DNA of 64,000 nucleotides, taken from positions 27,242,503-27,306,502 of the forward strand of contig CM120640.1 in the NCBI GenBank assembly GCA_051362555.1, written 5' to 3'. Position 1 is the stretch's first letter. Every line of letters starts with the position of its first letter. Positions 1 to 15,400 of the stretch are shown here, piece by piece. Made by a program: the position numbers and the translations under genes. This DNA is from Lingula anatina. Its lineage: Eukaryota > Animalia > Brachiopoda. The notes under the pieces were generated by a model. That model searched no databases, was not told where the DNA came from, and worked only from the letters and a program-made list of their open reading frames with translations.

Positions 1-2624
1 GTCTGTGGTAGGCCTACGTGCAATACCACTCCTGTGGATGAAAAAAAAAGATAACAATAACTTTTACAATAATGAAATTGAAAAGCATGTTGAGAATTAT
101 AATGGACAACCGGGAACTTTGCTTAAAGTTTTGCTGACTTTTCATTTATAACATTGCATACAATCATAGTGATGGTAATAATAGTGATGGTCTAGAAGAT
201 GGCAAAATCTTTAGGAAATCCTGATCACCGTATTTCCTGACACGCTCAATTTGATGTTATCGCCTCTAAATAGCTACAAGATAGGAAAGCGTGACATAAA
301 TTACTTCAGAGAATGTCATTTGCTGTCACAGCCTTTTCAAGTGTTTTATGGGTGACAAGAGCAACGACATCACCGCGACGTCGCATCTTGTCCAAGGCTT
401 CCAGTAGAGGTTGTCTTGGAGACACGTACGGAGGAAGAAGTATTTAATGACGACTGAATTGCCCCAGGGTGGAGATAAACGATAAGACAAGCAACCCCCG
501 AGCTTGAGCAAGCGATGGATAGCTAAATGTCGTTTATTTTTCTTTGACCTTAAGTTTAACCTCTTCTGCCGCATATCCTGTAAATGTTTACGTTTTTCTT
601 AAGAAATACACATTATATTCAACTACAAATACATCTAGACATCGAAAAAATTCCATAAGACTACAAAATAGAAGCTTTTCTAACAAGGCATTTTTACAAT
701 GTGGATCACTTGCGTATGCAATTATTGATCAATAGTTATGTTAATCGTTTGTCATGAAGTAAATAAAGTGTACATATATGTATTTTACGGGTTGTAGGTC
801 AATCAAACAAAAATGACCAAATGCTTTACAGGAATCTTCACAATTTCCACCTCACCAGTTACAATTATTTCCCTTCAGTCGGAGAGTACTATATCAGGGG
901 ATTTAGTCGAAGAAAAATCTGGTTTTCGTCATGCTGATGGTCATCTAGAGATTAAACCCATCAAATTTTTAGTGAACAAAAGTATACCTTGTCTCGCGAC
1001 AGGCGTAACTAATAACGGAGAGATGTGGACCCCGATTAGACAACGATGTCGCCTCACGTTAAAGACAAAAGAAAGGTAAAATCTGATAAACTAAAACAAA
1101 GAGTAATAAGAGAGTTGGTAACGTCATCTACGAGTTCTGTGAGACCTTTAAAAGGGAGGATTTGCGGATTTTTTAAAAATCATCCTTTAAGTTAATATGT
1201 CACTCTCTCTAAAAAGCCGATAACAATTCTTATTTAACAGAAATACAGGCAGCACATTCTTTGACCTAAAACCGTAAGGAAGTTCCTCAATTAATCCCTA
1301 TCTTTCATTACGACAAAATGGCAACACGCATTTGGCCAGAGAAATCAACCATGAAAAATGTCTTCTGCTTCCTCTGTATGGTATGGGCGCCTGGTGATAA
1401 CATACAAGGGGGCGCATCGCCCGCTATCTACACCGCTAACAACAAACAAGGCGACTATCGCAATTTCAAAATTGCTATCATTAGACTGGACAATCAAAAT
1501 CCGTAAAAATCGGACTATTATTCGCACGGCTATCCGTATATTAAATTATTTACTGGGGCCTGGTGGGGTGTTTTGTGGCCGAATCTTTTTCCTCATTTCC
1601 TATTCAGATTTTATCAACAAGTCTGGGTTTGTATACGTCCGACCACTATAGGTAAACTGAGGTCTTGCACGACTATATATAGCAACGCGCCAAATGATTA
1701 GCATAAAACATCACTTTTCGAGAGTTTTCGTGTCTAAAACTGTTTATTTTTAATGCGATTTCATGAAGTAATAAAATACTCATTCACCTGCCCAGGACAA
1801 GTACAGAAAGTTAGTGCATTGTACGAAGACCTTCATTAAATTATGTTCTTTACTATACCGTCGGCTTAGTTGTCCAAAACTTAAGGGGCGATATTACTTC
1901 CATGGGTTTAGTCATAAATTTTGTCTAGTTTAAAACTTGATATAAATCTTAAAGGTGTGCAAAACTGTAAGGATAAATTTTTAACAATTCTTTATCTAAT
2001 TCAAATTTAAACACCTGAAGAAAACCCCGAGCTTAAACCCTCCTGTAAGATAGGATCTAAGACGCTAATTTCTGTTAGAAAAAAATAAGATAAAAAAGCA
2101 ATAATATTATCAAATAAGTAAAACACTCCAGGACTTTTTTTAATATGCTAACTATATCCCAGCTAAACACTATGTGTTCAGTGGAATTAAGAAGGTTACT
2201 CATCAGTCAGATAGATAGAAATATGCACGATAGGGACTACCAGCTCCCTGCGGGCTGACCGGCCTAAGAAACTGTGAAGAATTACATGTCGAGGATAGGT
2301 ATTCTAAAAAGAGTAGAGCAAAAGGGGATAAAATGGCCCTGTGTATTTATCTTTTAAGTTAAAATTTAAAAATACACTCCGTAAGTTAGCCGTTCTCAGA
2401 CGACATAAAACTAGGTGATTTCACTGAAAAAATATCTCGTCATCGTGTTTACTTTTCTCTTTTGCGTCCCATCACACAACTTATGTTCTGAAATCAGATA
2501 GTGAACTTGAGTATTTGTTTTAATGTTCCTGTTAATTCATATAGCCTACCTTCTTTTCTAATCGAGGGTAGGTTGCTTTACGGAGTATTTTCGAAAAGAC
2601 GAAAGTAGCAAAAAACAAAAGTAA

Positions 2625-2631
<7 letters not shown>

Positions 2632-2670
<39 letters not shown>
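2632..2670. repeat. (TG)n microsatellite
   Basis: Perfect dinucleotide run. Confidence 0.97.
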
Positions 2671-2671
<1 letters not shown>

Positions 2672-5600
2672 GAGCAGTTCGTCATGTTATTTCCCTTTTA
2701 AAACTTTCTTTAAAAAGAATTCTCAGTTGATAAAGCAACAGAAAAAGCAAAAATAAGTTACTAAATTGTGTTTATTGAGAGCTCTCCACAGCATCTATTA
2801 AAGATGCGTGTAGTTTAGGTTTTAGGACACGATTTCAAAAGTGTCTTTGAAAAAGAAAAAAGGACAAAAGTAGTAGTTATGAATAATAATGTGCCTAATA
2901 AAATGTATTATCTATTATGTCAATTTATTATAATATAATTACCCTTTTCTAAAATTATTTAAAAATCAAGTGCCAATGGCGTTAGTTTTTGATTACAGGA
3001 GGCACACGAGTATTAGCAACGTGGATTACTGTAAGGACATAAATCAACTAGGGGATTGCCTGGAATATAACTATAGAGTCAAATGCGTCAGTTTTATTTT
3101 TAAAAAATGCTTAATTTAAGGAGGGCATCTTTATGTTGAAAGATATACATGGGCCAATTTCATAATTGATGTCATATCGATAAAAAATCGCGTCAGCAGT
3201 CCATTTGTCAAAATAAATACGCGGCTACCTAATGACCGTGGACAAATAATTTTTTTCATTACATCTCTTAATATATTCTGTATTGAGAAACGGTGGTTTA
3301 TGTGTGAAAAAAGCTGCTGTTGCGTATTAAATTTCCCCTCTTTACACACTGCCTAGCAGAAGGAGGTACTTAAATAGATAACAATACCAGAAATGTTGTA
3401 TTTTAATCACAGGCATATGCACTGGTTTAATGCCTATACTATTAAATTTGAATGTAGAGTGCACAAGCATTGTCTTGTCAACATTACTGGAAAAATCACG
3501 GGTATTTTATGTAAAATATACTTGGAAGTTAAGAGAAAAAATACTATAATTCACAAGCCATAACTGCTTTCTGGGCACGTTTACTTTTTCTATCAGTTAT
3601 GATTTATACTAACTACTTTTTCAATACCAAAATGAATACAGATATTAAGAAACCAGGCAAAGAGTAAAAGAAAAAAAGACCTGGTGTTAGGTGGCACAGA
3701 TGCAGGTGTTTATTCATCAAGTCAAAATGCGGGTATATTTTACTCCATACAGCACTGAGCTGTGATTTTTTCAACAAACCATGTTGTTGGGGACATTTAA
3801 TATACAATAAACGGTGCATATGGGCATAATTTAACAATTTTGTTATTATTCCAAACTAATTGCTTGTGTAGACGCAATTGCACGCCAATTACCTTTTTTT
3901 AACTGTTGGCGTTTTATACAGTTAAAGGTAAGTGTTTGACCGTCACATTTTAGCAAAATTGATCCGATATTATTATCATTACCATGTGTGTAAAGAGCAA
4001 TATGAGGGCCTTGCTTGGCTGTGGTAGAAAACGATCCATTTTAATCGTCATTTTCGCAAGTATCCAAACCTCTACGGTATTATTTCACACTTTCACTCCT
4101 TTTCATCCCAAAATTATAACCCAAACATTCCTCACACAACAGCTATCAGTTAGAATACATTTTAAGAAATGTTGCAATAGCTCGATTTAAAGTAATGTGA
4201 TTCAAAATATTTTTAACGAAATTAAAATATAACTAATTTGATAACAATGAATCATGGCACAAGGGAATAATTTTTAAAACCACTGAACTTTGTTAATCAT
4301 CATTCATTCGGTATGTGAGATTTTGTAAAATATGGGACCATGCGTCTAATTTCCAAATCTACTGAGAAGACATCTCTGTTGTGTGCCCCTCCCCACGTGA
4401 CCACGAGGTGTGTGAGCATTTCGATCAGGTTTCAGTTTAATTGCGTCTCCTACGTCGTTTGAACAGTTGAAATGCTAATATTTAAATCTGCATACGCACT
4501 TGCATTGTGGTTCGATCCTATCAAATTTCATCCTGCCACAAAAACAATGGAAATCAATGTGGCGTTGCTAATTTCAAAGAGAGCCGAAAATAGTGCAGGA
4601 AATCGACCGGAAATGTAGAGTTACGCCACAGCCGTGCTCAAACTACGTGTAGAATTCAATACTTTTTGAACTAAATAATCTAACCGTATGTAAGGCAAAA
4701 CGTGTCATATCTGTTACATTGCATGCAACTTGAAATAATTAATTTTATGCCTTTGAATTAAGTTTGGACACTTGTTTGAAATCGTGCTGTTTTATGTCTA
4801 ATTAATTTGTTCTTAAAGTATGATTGAAAGTACACTTTATGAAGGTCAGTCTTACACCTGATAAATGCCATTTTGTGGCGATTGGAATAAACTAACCGTG
4901 AAAAAAATCTTACTTCATCATTTGTCCAACGCACACACATGTGTGTGCACCAAGGCCATTAAACTGAAAATGCACTAAAGTAAAATTCCGAAGTCTTGTC
5001 ACAAAATAATTGGGTTATCATCCTTCGTGCCATCAATATAACTGGAAGAAAAGTCATAAAAATAATTGTAGCAAGATGTGAAAGCCACAAGCTGGTCTGA
5101 CGCTGGCGGCCATAGTAACAAAGCTTGCCTCTGTGTCCGTCAGCTCTGGCGTACAGGTTACACTGCTGCTACGTCTTGACGTGTATCACCCTGGGCAGCG
5201 GAAACGTAAAGGGACTAGGGGCCTTGTAGCTAGGGGTTCGGCCCACCTCGGATAACACGCATTCCAACAACACCGTCCACATATCTTTCATTCTTTATCT
5301 GAATTGCGATGATACTAATCCCCTACTTTTCTCTCATTCAGTTCATTAATTGTTATTGCCTGAATAAAAAAAAAATGATTGATCATTTTTTCTACAACCT
5401 GTAATACTGCGGATTCGTGCCAGCAAAGATTTAGGTATTGTAAGTGATAACTGTATGGGGTCGGCACGAAAACCAGTAATTAATAGCTGTATGATGAACT
5501 GCAGCGACAACAGTCAAAGAAGCGTCGATTAGATCAAGAGAAATTACGTGTTGATTCCATCGTGACATATACGATCTTTGCTTTACGGTGAAAGAATGAA

Positions 5601-6434
5601 TCTTCCGTTTTCACATATTGTGTGTGGGATTTTTTCCTAATCTAAAAAATAACCCGTTTTAAAACATCCCTGGCAGTCATCTTTTCATCACTGCACGGAA
5701 AACTCTCAACTTTTCCGAGCAATATAATGCAAAATTGCGTTTGATAAAGATTAATTTTCCGTTTCTTTTCTAAATCTGAAATGATGATAATGCGACGTGA
5801 CTGGAACAAAAATGAAAGCGTGTACAAAGACATGAAATAGAAATTTTGCTCTCAGGCCGCCGCGGTGAGCGCTAGTTAGACTTGACAGATAAGGCAAAAC
5901 ACACCCAGGGAAACAGATAAAAGACAAATTAGTGTATGAAATGTGACAGAAAATTAAAAATGAAACGGGATGCCCTTTGATTTACCAAGGTCGGACTTGT
6001 CAATGTTTTCTCGCTTTGTAAGCCCGACAAACTTTCAGCAAATGTCTCTGGTTTATGATTGGAGTGTAAAACACGAGGTCCAAGCTTAATTGGTTAATGC
6101 CTTTCCTCGGCGGGATCTCCGATTCCAAGTAATTACGTCCTAGCCATTGGATTGTAAGCTGGAATGGCACTCTGTGTTGAACAAATGTCTGAGGCAAACT
6201 CAATTTCTCTTTCTCATTATGTCTTTACCAAAATTGACAGAGAATTGAAAGAAACAATTATCTAGAAAGTGCTAGATTTTTTTGTCACAGTAAGAGTTGT
6301 TTGAGATTGAAAATGTATTGATTGATGCGATACCACAAAGCGCACGCAAAATAGCGTGGAGTTGCAAAATACAGCAGTCGTTTTGAAATAACTGTGATAC
6401 GGGCACGACCACAGATTGAATTTTAATTTCATTC

Positions 6435-6437
<3 letters not shown>

Positions 6438-6479
<42 letters not shown>
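6438..6479. repeat. (TC)n microsatellite
   Basis: Perfect dinucleotide run. Confidence 0.97.
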
Positions 6480-6482
<3 letters not shown>

Positions 6483-9400
6483 CTTCTAATTGCAAAAGGT
6501 ATTCTTTGTATTTAAAACACAAACAGCTGTTGATATTTTATAAATCTGCCTGGATAAAGTACGGGCTAGATTCCTACACCTTTAGCATAACAAACATAGC
6601 TTCCACATCAGATTACCAGAGGGATGCCAAAGCTCTGATTTTATTACTTTGATGTTTACGTAATATTGCCTTCGAAATTTATGGCACGCCGAGAACACGC
6701 GTTTGATCATAACATTTCAATTAACTATACGGTTTATTTAGATTAATTAGATTTAATTAAGCACGTTGTGATGAAGGCCTCTAAAAACCTCTGATTTTAA
6801 GAGGCAGAAAAAATATCACATTGGCCTATCCTCTGCAGCTTGTGTACCCTTATGTATTCAGTTGGTTACAAACATAGCTTAATAGTTCAAGCATAAAGCG
6901 ATCGGTATTTTCAAAATTTTTACACAAATTTAGAACACAAGTCCAAAATATCTTGATTCCAAACCAATAAATGGGAAATTTGTTGTTAATTGATTGAAAT
7001 GCAGAATCAGCCAAGCGTGGATCACGTAGCTCTAGAACTCAATTATGTTCGATAAATTCATTTTGTTTAATTACACTTAGTACACTGCGTCGCACTCAGG
7101 GTGATCTTAGCAGACTTACATTAGTGTGCTGACCATTACTTTTTTGAATCCATAGAATTCCTTTGTTAGACGCCTTCTTTTATGGTGTTTACTAAATACG
7201 TGCATTATATGTGACAAAATCCTAAATCAACTCACACACACAAACTGTTCGAAGGTTCCGATATAAATTGTGATTTAAAAAAAAAACAATTCTACTCATT
7301 AACAATATTTTGTCATACACAACGAGTGTATAGGCGGCTTTTTCAGGAAAAAGATATTGCCATTCAGAGTGGATGACATTCTGTACATTACACATTTCTC
7401 ACGTCAACTTTTTTGTCTTAATGTCAATCTTCTGAAACAGAATCGTTCCTTGTCTACCATAATACTATACTATATTTTATATATACATGTGAACTGATAT
7501 ACAGGTAGAGTGAGCACAGCCGTTGTCTGCTCTTCCGACCCCATGACCATCGGGCACAACTGACACGCCCAGCACAAAATCACCAAGACATCTCTAAGAG
7601 ATAGGCCACTTTTTAAATACAAAACATTTTTGTCGTAGTTCTAGCTTTTCTAGCCTGATCCATTTTATTCACCAGAGTGTCGGTATATTTTATATTTTTT
7701 TAGATATAGGGCTCAGATTTTACGCCCCCCTGCCAGTTCATTGGAGATATTTATTAATAGTGCTCTTTCTATACCGGCAATTACATGGCATTTTAAACTC
7801 GTCCTAAAATCTTAATGCATCTTCCTCACGCGATGGTTGACCTCAAGGCTTGTGTATTGTCAACAGCGCTGTAAGATAGTACTGTTTTCTTCATGCTGTT
7901 GTACAAAGCAAATCTGTGAAAGCTCAAATGTGTTTTATTGCAACAAACGCCTAATGCATCATAAGCTCAAGTAAATCTATACTTGGGTTGTGTTTTTGTT
8001 GTAAATAAGTATCAAACAAAATTAATGTTTATTGTTCTTAAAGCATGAGTTAATTAAATTAAATATAATAGCCATATAAATGCTTAAGTGTATATGTTGA
8101 ATTAAACGAATGGCTCTTTATACTTACATAAATAGTTGGGAGGGGTAATTAGTGTGGCAAAATTACCGAAATATTATTGCTCGAAAAAATATAGATTGTA
8201 ATATCTCTTCGTTGGAGGAACGGTTTAACTGTAAAAAGTATGGTCATGATAGAAAATTTCCTTTCTGCAATGTTTGTGTGGTTAACTAAGTGAGGCGATC
8301 ATACATTGAAAAGACGCTGGTAGATTCAAATACAATATGATAAAAAGGATAATTTAGTTGACATAGTTACTCTCCAACCAGTAAAATAAAAAACACTGAA
8401 ATCATTTGTGTGCTGCACATTCTCAAATTTAAATATCATATTTTAAAACTTACATTTACGTTTTGGAAACTGCTTTTGTTTTTCTTAAGCTTTTTGAAAG
8501 CATTAAATGGATGCAACAGTGAAACGCTGGTTAGTACTATGGCTATTGTTTTATCTGTATTATTTGCTAATTACAAAACAATGTCCTTGGGAGATGCCAT
8601 TGCTTGAACGGTCGATTGCTCTACTCTGTGCCGATCCTATCACAAAGAGACACGGGGGTTCAGAGGAGGCAAGTTTTTTTATCGCTCATTCAGCCCGCCA
8701 TCGTGGTATCCGCGATTGACGGTGAGCGTCTCTCCAGTGAAACTTGATCGATTGGCGGGTGGTCGTGGGCAAGCGCCGTCCCGGTGCGGTATAGGGGCCA
8801 TTATTTGGGCTGAATAGCAGAAAATGATACCAATATATTTCACGAAAGTGTTAAGATTACCTGCTGCGGTGTTCGTGCTCGGAACACGGTTGGGAGATTT
8901 TAGATATCAGCAAGGGACCCGTCGTTTGTGCTGAAAATGAATCTGAAGAAACCGTTTTTAGATGACCCCGATAATAAACCTTGCGTGTCGAAAGTAATGT
9001 GTACGCCAGCGTCGAAAGTCAAAATGTTTATATCTATGTACCTTAACTTGGCATTTAGATATAGATAGAAATATATATTATTAAGAGGTCTATATGATGC
9101 TTTTTATAAAAGGACCAAAAGAGTGTGACCTCTGTAGTTGAGTTTCCATGTAAATGTCCACTTTAATGCGTTTCTTTTACTTTAGAGCGCAGGTTCATTA
9201 TGATTTATCTCTCGCAGGAGTACAAAAGAACAAAGATTTATCATCGTGTCTTCCTTTTAACACCAGTTAACCTGTACCGGGTTGGTTGGTCTATTGTGCG
9301 GATACAAACTGAACTAATCTTCAGACATATACCTCAGCCCGACACGTGATTCCACCCTTAGGGAGAACGATACGACCGCCCCATCTTTAATAATCACTTT

Positions 9401-12400
9401 GATAGTCCGGGTGTAGCATCCGCCGGCCTTTCTTGTAATTTACAATGAAGCACTTTGAACCCAGAGTAGAGATAATGGCAGAACAAAATGCTATAGTGTA
9501 CATATATATTACACTTATGTGTATATGCTTTGCCAAAATGATATCTTTCGACTTTTATTTTAATTTATTTGGAATTTTATGCGTTGCAGAAAAAAAGCTG
9601 AATATAAATGGAATCAACGACTGAGGAATATACTGCATGTACTTGCACATTTTAAAGCAAGCCTTCGTGTCCCCTTGTGTGACTAGTTTTTTCAGCACTT
9701 AGACCATTTTTAACCTCAATTACATGTCATCCATTGTGTCCTTATCAATCACTGGCGTCGGCAACGTATAAAGTACAGTTGTCTCGTTTAGTTTCATATT
9801 GGGTGTCTGAACGACGAAACCAATGTGTTTGCATGATGCTGTCATTATTTGGAAGTACAATAAAAATAATTGGCAAAAAGTTTTCCTTTACAATTAGAAC
9901 TGATTAGTAAAAGCATTCTTTAAATTCAACATGGTACTGGACTCAAGCTATATATTCCATAGATCTGATGGTTAAAACCCTTTCTCGTTGATGCACTTAC
10001 ACAGCACAGGTGTACAAATCTAACGTTTTCTTTATTTGAAATTGTATATTTTGGTCTAGGTAATTAATTATATAATTCGGTCGCTGAAATAATTTCAGAT
10101 TAAATAACTCAGTTGTGTTAAGTCCAAAGGTATTCAACCTTTACAAAGCTTAATAGGAATTATCTGTATCGTAATTACCTTTCTCTTAAATTTAATTTCC
10201 AAAATATTTTCAACGTTTTAAAAATTCGTAATACATATTTGTTCTTGTCTCAAAAGGCTAAATACCAGCAAAACGCACGCCAGAAGGACTATCCTTGCTC
10301 AAATTCCTTTCTAAATTTGAACTTTGACTTTGTCGCGTTCGATGCTGCTTCGAATACGAGCTGGGTTCTTGAAGGTAAACTTTGTCATTATGTGAAAAGC
10401 TGAATTTTATCATGCTTCATTTATTCCCATCAAAGGGTTATAAAAGCAGTTGACGGTCTGTGTTTTCCACAAGCAAGCACTGGTACCTTGTGCTTTAGAA
10501 TTCCTCCCAAATTTAATATCTTATGTCAATAACACACAGCCTCTGATGGGGTGATGTAAAAAAGCAAAATTTCCTCTTCATTTACCAGGTGTGAAAAGCA
10601 GGTCACCATTTAACTCGTCGTCTGCGCTTTTTTAATTAAAAAATGCAGTAATTTCATAGCGTACTTTAACTACAATAAGCCACGTCTTAAGCAAAGAAAA
10701 TTCAATGAAGAAACGACAAGTATTGTTCTTTCATAAAAAGCATCTAATCATCTTCACACGGGCCTCAGCACGATGAAAAAGTGATTGTTTTTTAACTGAG
10801 CAGTGGGAAATCTCTGGTGATATTATTCACTACAAAGCATACAAAGAGCGAGCTTTAGAGACCCGTTTTTTCATTTTCTACCCAGCAATGCTGAAAGATG
10901 GAGTTGGCTTGTGTTTCTTGTGCAATTTCATTATTTTATCCATGCAGTGTTGGTATCTTTTTGCAGCTAACTTTAAATTATGTCGATTATATTTGTTTGT
11001 TTTTTTAAATGTATTCTATATTTATATTTGAAGTAAAAAGTGAATCTTTATTTTCTGAAATAGCAGCCATGGTATTATAAGCGTATAGCACAGGTAGAAT
11101 TAGTTTTAGCAAAAAAGTAGTTAACTATCATCATAATAGGAAATCACGAATTTTGCTCATTACAAACATTACGCAGCCCATTCAGTACTGTGAAAACAGT
11201 TGAAACAAGCTGTATTTTTTCCAACCTCAGTGCCGTGCTATGTACATTCATATCTCTCAATTGACATTAAGAAGGACATTTAGGACTTAATTTCCTTAAT
11301 TTTGGTTCCAGAGTGGATGACGAGATTCACATAGAACTTAAGTACGTGGGTATGGCGGAATGGCCTTGTGTTGAACTTATCTCTAACAATTTGATATATC
11401 TTATATGTATATCTGCACGAACTTCTATCTTAGCGTCACTATCACCGGAGAGATTACGCTGATCATAGAATACATGCGAGGCTAATGAGGTGAATTTCCC
11501 CCCACTACAATCCATTTCGGCAATGGCGTGTGATGATAAGTTTGAGGCTCTTTTTGGCTCTCAGTCTACGGCCAGTCACACAATCTCCAAAAATACAATC
11601 ATTGCTGTGTGATAGCACTTGTAAGTCGATTCATTTGTCAATGAAAAAAGTTGACACCTATAGCTTTTGTTACCGAGGCTATGACCTCGTCCTGTACTGT
11701 GAGTACCAGCGTTACTGGCCCGTGATATCAAAACGCCTCTGGCGCGGCAATATATTTACAGGACGATTTGTCTGATATTGTCGCAGAACCATAAATGATA
11801 ACACGTTTGGCAGTAAAACTGAGAGAAAAAGCCATAAAGATCTCACCTGTACATTAGTCGAACCATTTCGGCACCTTCCGTCGTAGATCGTCATCTGAAC
11901 AATTATTCTCCTTTTTTCTCCGTCAGTTCATCCTTGGTCCTGAAGAGATGCCGGACCGTGCGCCTCGGGAGCAGGCAAAAGTTCAGCTTCCCAGTTTGTA
12001 GCCATTGTCTTTCGTGCCAGCTGACAGGTTGCCAGCTACGGCGTCACACGTATTTAAATCTATGTATGAAGAAGGGGCTAGTTTTCCTCTCCGTCTGTCT
12101 ACTACATCTGTCGGCCTTTACGTTGGTTTATAGAATGAGTTCTTTTCTGATACAGATTCAGTGATATCTGAATTCCATACTGAAAGCCCCACTGAGAATC
12201 GAATTTGTTCGATCGGTTTGTCCTACATAATCCTCCCGATAGATATCTGCACCCAAATACCGAGAACGTCCTGTCGTTCGTTTTTCTTGACGAATACTGC
12301 GGTTTTGTTTGAAAAATGCCCCCTTAGACTCTACCTTATCCTTTGCCACTAACTCGTAACTGAAGACAGATGAGCAGCGTGTGTCGATTTAACAATTTGA

Positions 12401-15400
12401 ACTTCATTAGAAATTTTAATGAATGTTTAATAAAAGCACTGATATATATCAATGGGCGAATTGATGAATATTTCATGCCTTGTAATTTAGAGAGCAATTG
12501 TTGTATTAAGGCTAATCTGTACATTTGTTTATTTGGCTCAGGGTACAATATTGTGCGGCTCCGGGGAATCCTAAGACGAGGAACGCTTGTGACTTTCCAT
12601 AAATTTAGTGGGAAATCAGACAGAGAAAATAGGCAGAAGGCGCTTTCTATTTTAGAAGGCAAATTGTTAAGGCATGCAGGTCAGGTCTTAAGGAGTCTCC
12701 TAAGATCTAGTCAGAGCGAGGCATGAACTATAAACTCCATGTAATGGTATCATCTGTCTCTTAACGCATTGTTAAGCTGCTATATGCTCGTGTGTCAAAT
12801 GGGCTCTAATTTGGCGCACGTGACCCAAACGATCGACGTCTGGTGATCAACCGTAGCAGATTTAATGCTTCCAATATTTTCCTGGGATCTGTCTCAATGG
12901 TTTTGAAATAAGCGAATGAATTCATTCTAATAAATATACATGGAAAATATTGGGAATCAAATACTAACTACTGCACTCTAAAAATCAAACCAATATTAAA
13001 TTGACTTTTAGATGGCAAAGTAAATCTAGATGGTGTTTCTTTAAATAATGTATTGTATATATTATACTAAAACACACTTAATGCTCTAAAACTAGCATCT
13101 AGCAAAATAAATAAATAAATAAAAATAGAAAACAGCGAAGGAGTGTAGAATAGAATTCTCTGTGCTGACGCAGATGTTAGAAATGCACCAAACATTTTGT
13201 TTTGCTTTTAATCGTCAAAGTTGAGGAAAATGAGTGATTTCTCACTTCCTTTGAACCCCGATGTTAGGCCATAGAAAATATGAAGATTAATAACACGACA
13301 GAACTTGCTCATATGCTGCTGGATTGAAAGATTTCTTTGTCGGGGAAGCCTACAAATATGAGTCCTTTGAGACAAAAATATTTGATTTATATTAGGTTTA
13401 GGCAATACCTCGTAATCATTAATAGCGTGTTAATGTAATAATTCAATAGGAAGTGATGGGAAGGCGGGGGCCAGATAGTACTGGTCATCTGTGGTCATTG
13501 AAGTCTATTGATTAATGACCACCTGCCCCCGGCCAGAAGGCCCAATTTCTTATCCCTACAGTCGTGTGCCGTTACTTCAATTATTATTACGACAGAAGTG
13601 GAATTTTATTGGGTACATCTCAATTAGAACAGGCATATCAAATAAGTAAACAAACGCGGTCGCGATAGTTATTTAATTTAATCGTCCTGGTTGGGCAATT
13701 AAAATAACAAATTAACGATTTGGAATATCAAACTTGAAGAGTGAATTAGCATAATGTTGGGCGACTATGAAAAACTAGTGCATTTGGATTATTAAGGCGA
13801 AGGAGTCTGCTGCAAAAGTAATTTTTATCACCTTGCCGACCTCTGCAGACAAAATCTGTCTTTCTTCTCTCAGTGGCCAGCTAGCCTAAGATTCTGATAA
13901 CGGTTTTATTTGAGATACGAGAAGATGAAGATAAATTTAGACAAATAATTAATGTTTTTGCCCCTCGACACCTCATAATGGTCCAAGACGATTGATGAAT
14001 TACACGATAATTTCATTGTCTTTTCCCTTGGTTCTGTGCCGATACACATATGATATATTTGAAGATAGATAGGAGCACGGGTTTTATAGCTATAAATTCC
14101 TTTGCAATGTGTCGGGACAGCGATAGGTCATCTGCACAGTAGATAAAGTCATCCCAACTTCACAAAGCCAGTTGTCGAGAGAAATAAATCTCATCCCCTC
14201 GTTATCAGTTGCTTTGTTTCTGTAAAATTATGCTGCCTTGTAATGATATGTTAAAAATCAAGATAACTGCGAAATGCAATGTCGAGAAACCATGCACCCC
14301 ATGCTTACTTAGCTCATTGTGCGAAATAAAACTATATGAAATTTAGGCTGTGATTTGAACCAATATAAAATTAAGAAGACAAATTACTTAACACATCTTA
14401 CATTTAGAAGATAATTCTCAGTTAGCGTGTCATTTAGCATGTTATTTAAATGTCTACTTGAGTGACAGCACCCTCATGTATCACATTAACTCTTGAAAAC
14501 TAATAATACGATTAAACATTCATGAAAAACCACCATCATTTTATACATCATTGAAGACATGCCGGGCAGAACTAACAAGTTAAAGACACAAATTTTGAAG
14601 TTATTTTATTCAAAAAGCAAAATTTAACCGGCATAAGTCTGTGACTCAATGTCCTTTGTGTTAAAAAAACCGGTGTACAATTAGACTGACAGGCAAAGCT
14701 AGTATGTCGAAATGGTCCCGTCTCAAGTGCTGGCAAATGCCGGAGAGAGCCATGTTTTTCTACTGAAGTTAGCTTACCGCCTTATCTGAAGAAGTTTATA
14801 TGATCAATTGCCAGATCAATTTACGATGGGCAATAATAGTATCAAAGAAGGCCAAACTGTTATTTCGTATTATTTTCTTTCCATCTAGTTACCGACTGAG
14901 CCGAAAGACCCCTCACCTCGAGAGAAAAAATTAACATAGTAGCTTCAGCATCAAAATAAGGTTAAATGGGGTGTCTGATTTTCAATCTAAAAGGTCCTTT
15001 TTTTCCTCCTCAGCGTTATGTTTATTTTTGCTGATGTATCTGTAAAAACGCCATCAAGGAATTTTTTTCTCTATTTGAAATAAAAAAATTGGTTTGCAGT
15101 TAATGGAGTCTCGCCTCAGTACAAATTGAGATTGCCCGGTGGAATGGCCCACCTGTATACAGGTCGTATTACACTCAAAGGTGGTCACAGGAAATAGAGA
15201 GGATAAGCTAATCCAATATATGGTATATATGATACTGTCCATAGTGCTGCTTTCATCCCCCTTTACGACTGGACCGTAGGGATAAAATGCGGACCTGGTT
15301 ATAAATCTATCTATACTTATTTTTGATTAGCTGTCGTTTATTTCCGTGGATTTAACATCACTACGTCAGAACCTGTGTTAATTTTATTTTTATTTATGTA

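Noticed and set aside
4931-4948. Perfect 18-bp palindrome gcacacacatgtgtgtgc
   Set aside because: Explained by abutting short CA and TG repeats; no other support.
6262-6652. ORFs with (RE)n and (SL)n
   Set aside because: Translation of the (TC)n microsatellite.
11327-12726. Cluster of 60-118 aa ORFs on both strands
   Set aside because: No recognisable domain, transposase or RT motif, and no consistent splice chain.
13468-13543. Possible pre-miRNA hairpin
   Set aside because: Large internal loops; continuous stem only about 10 bp.
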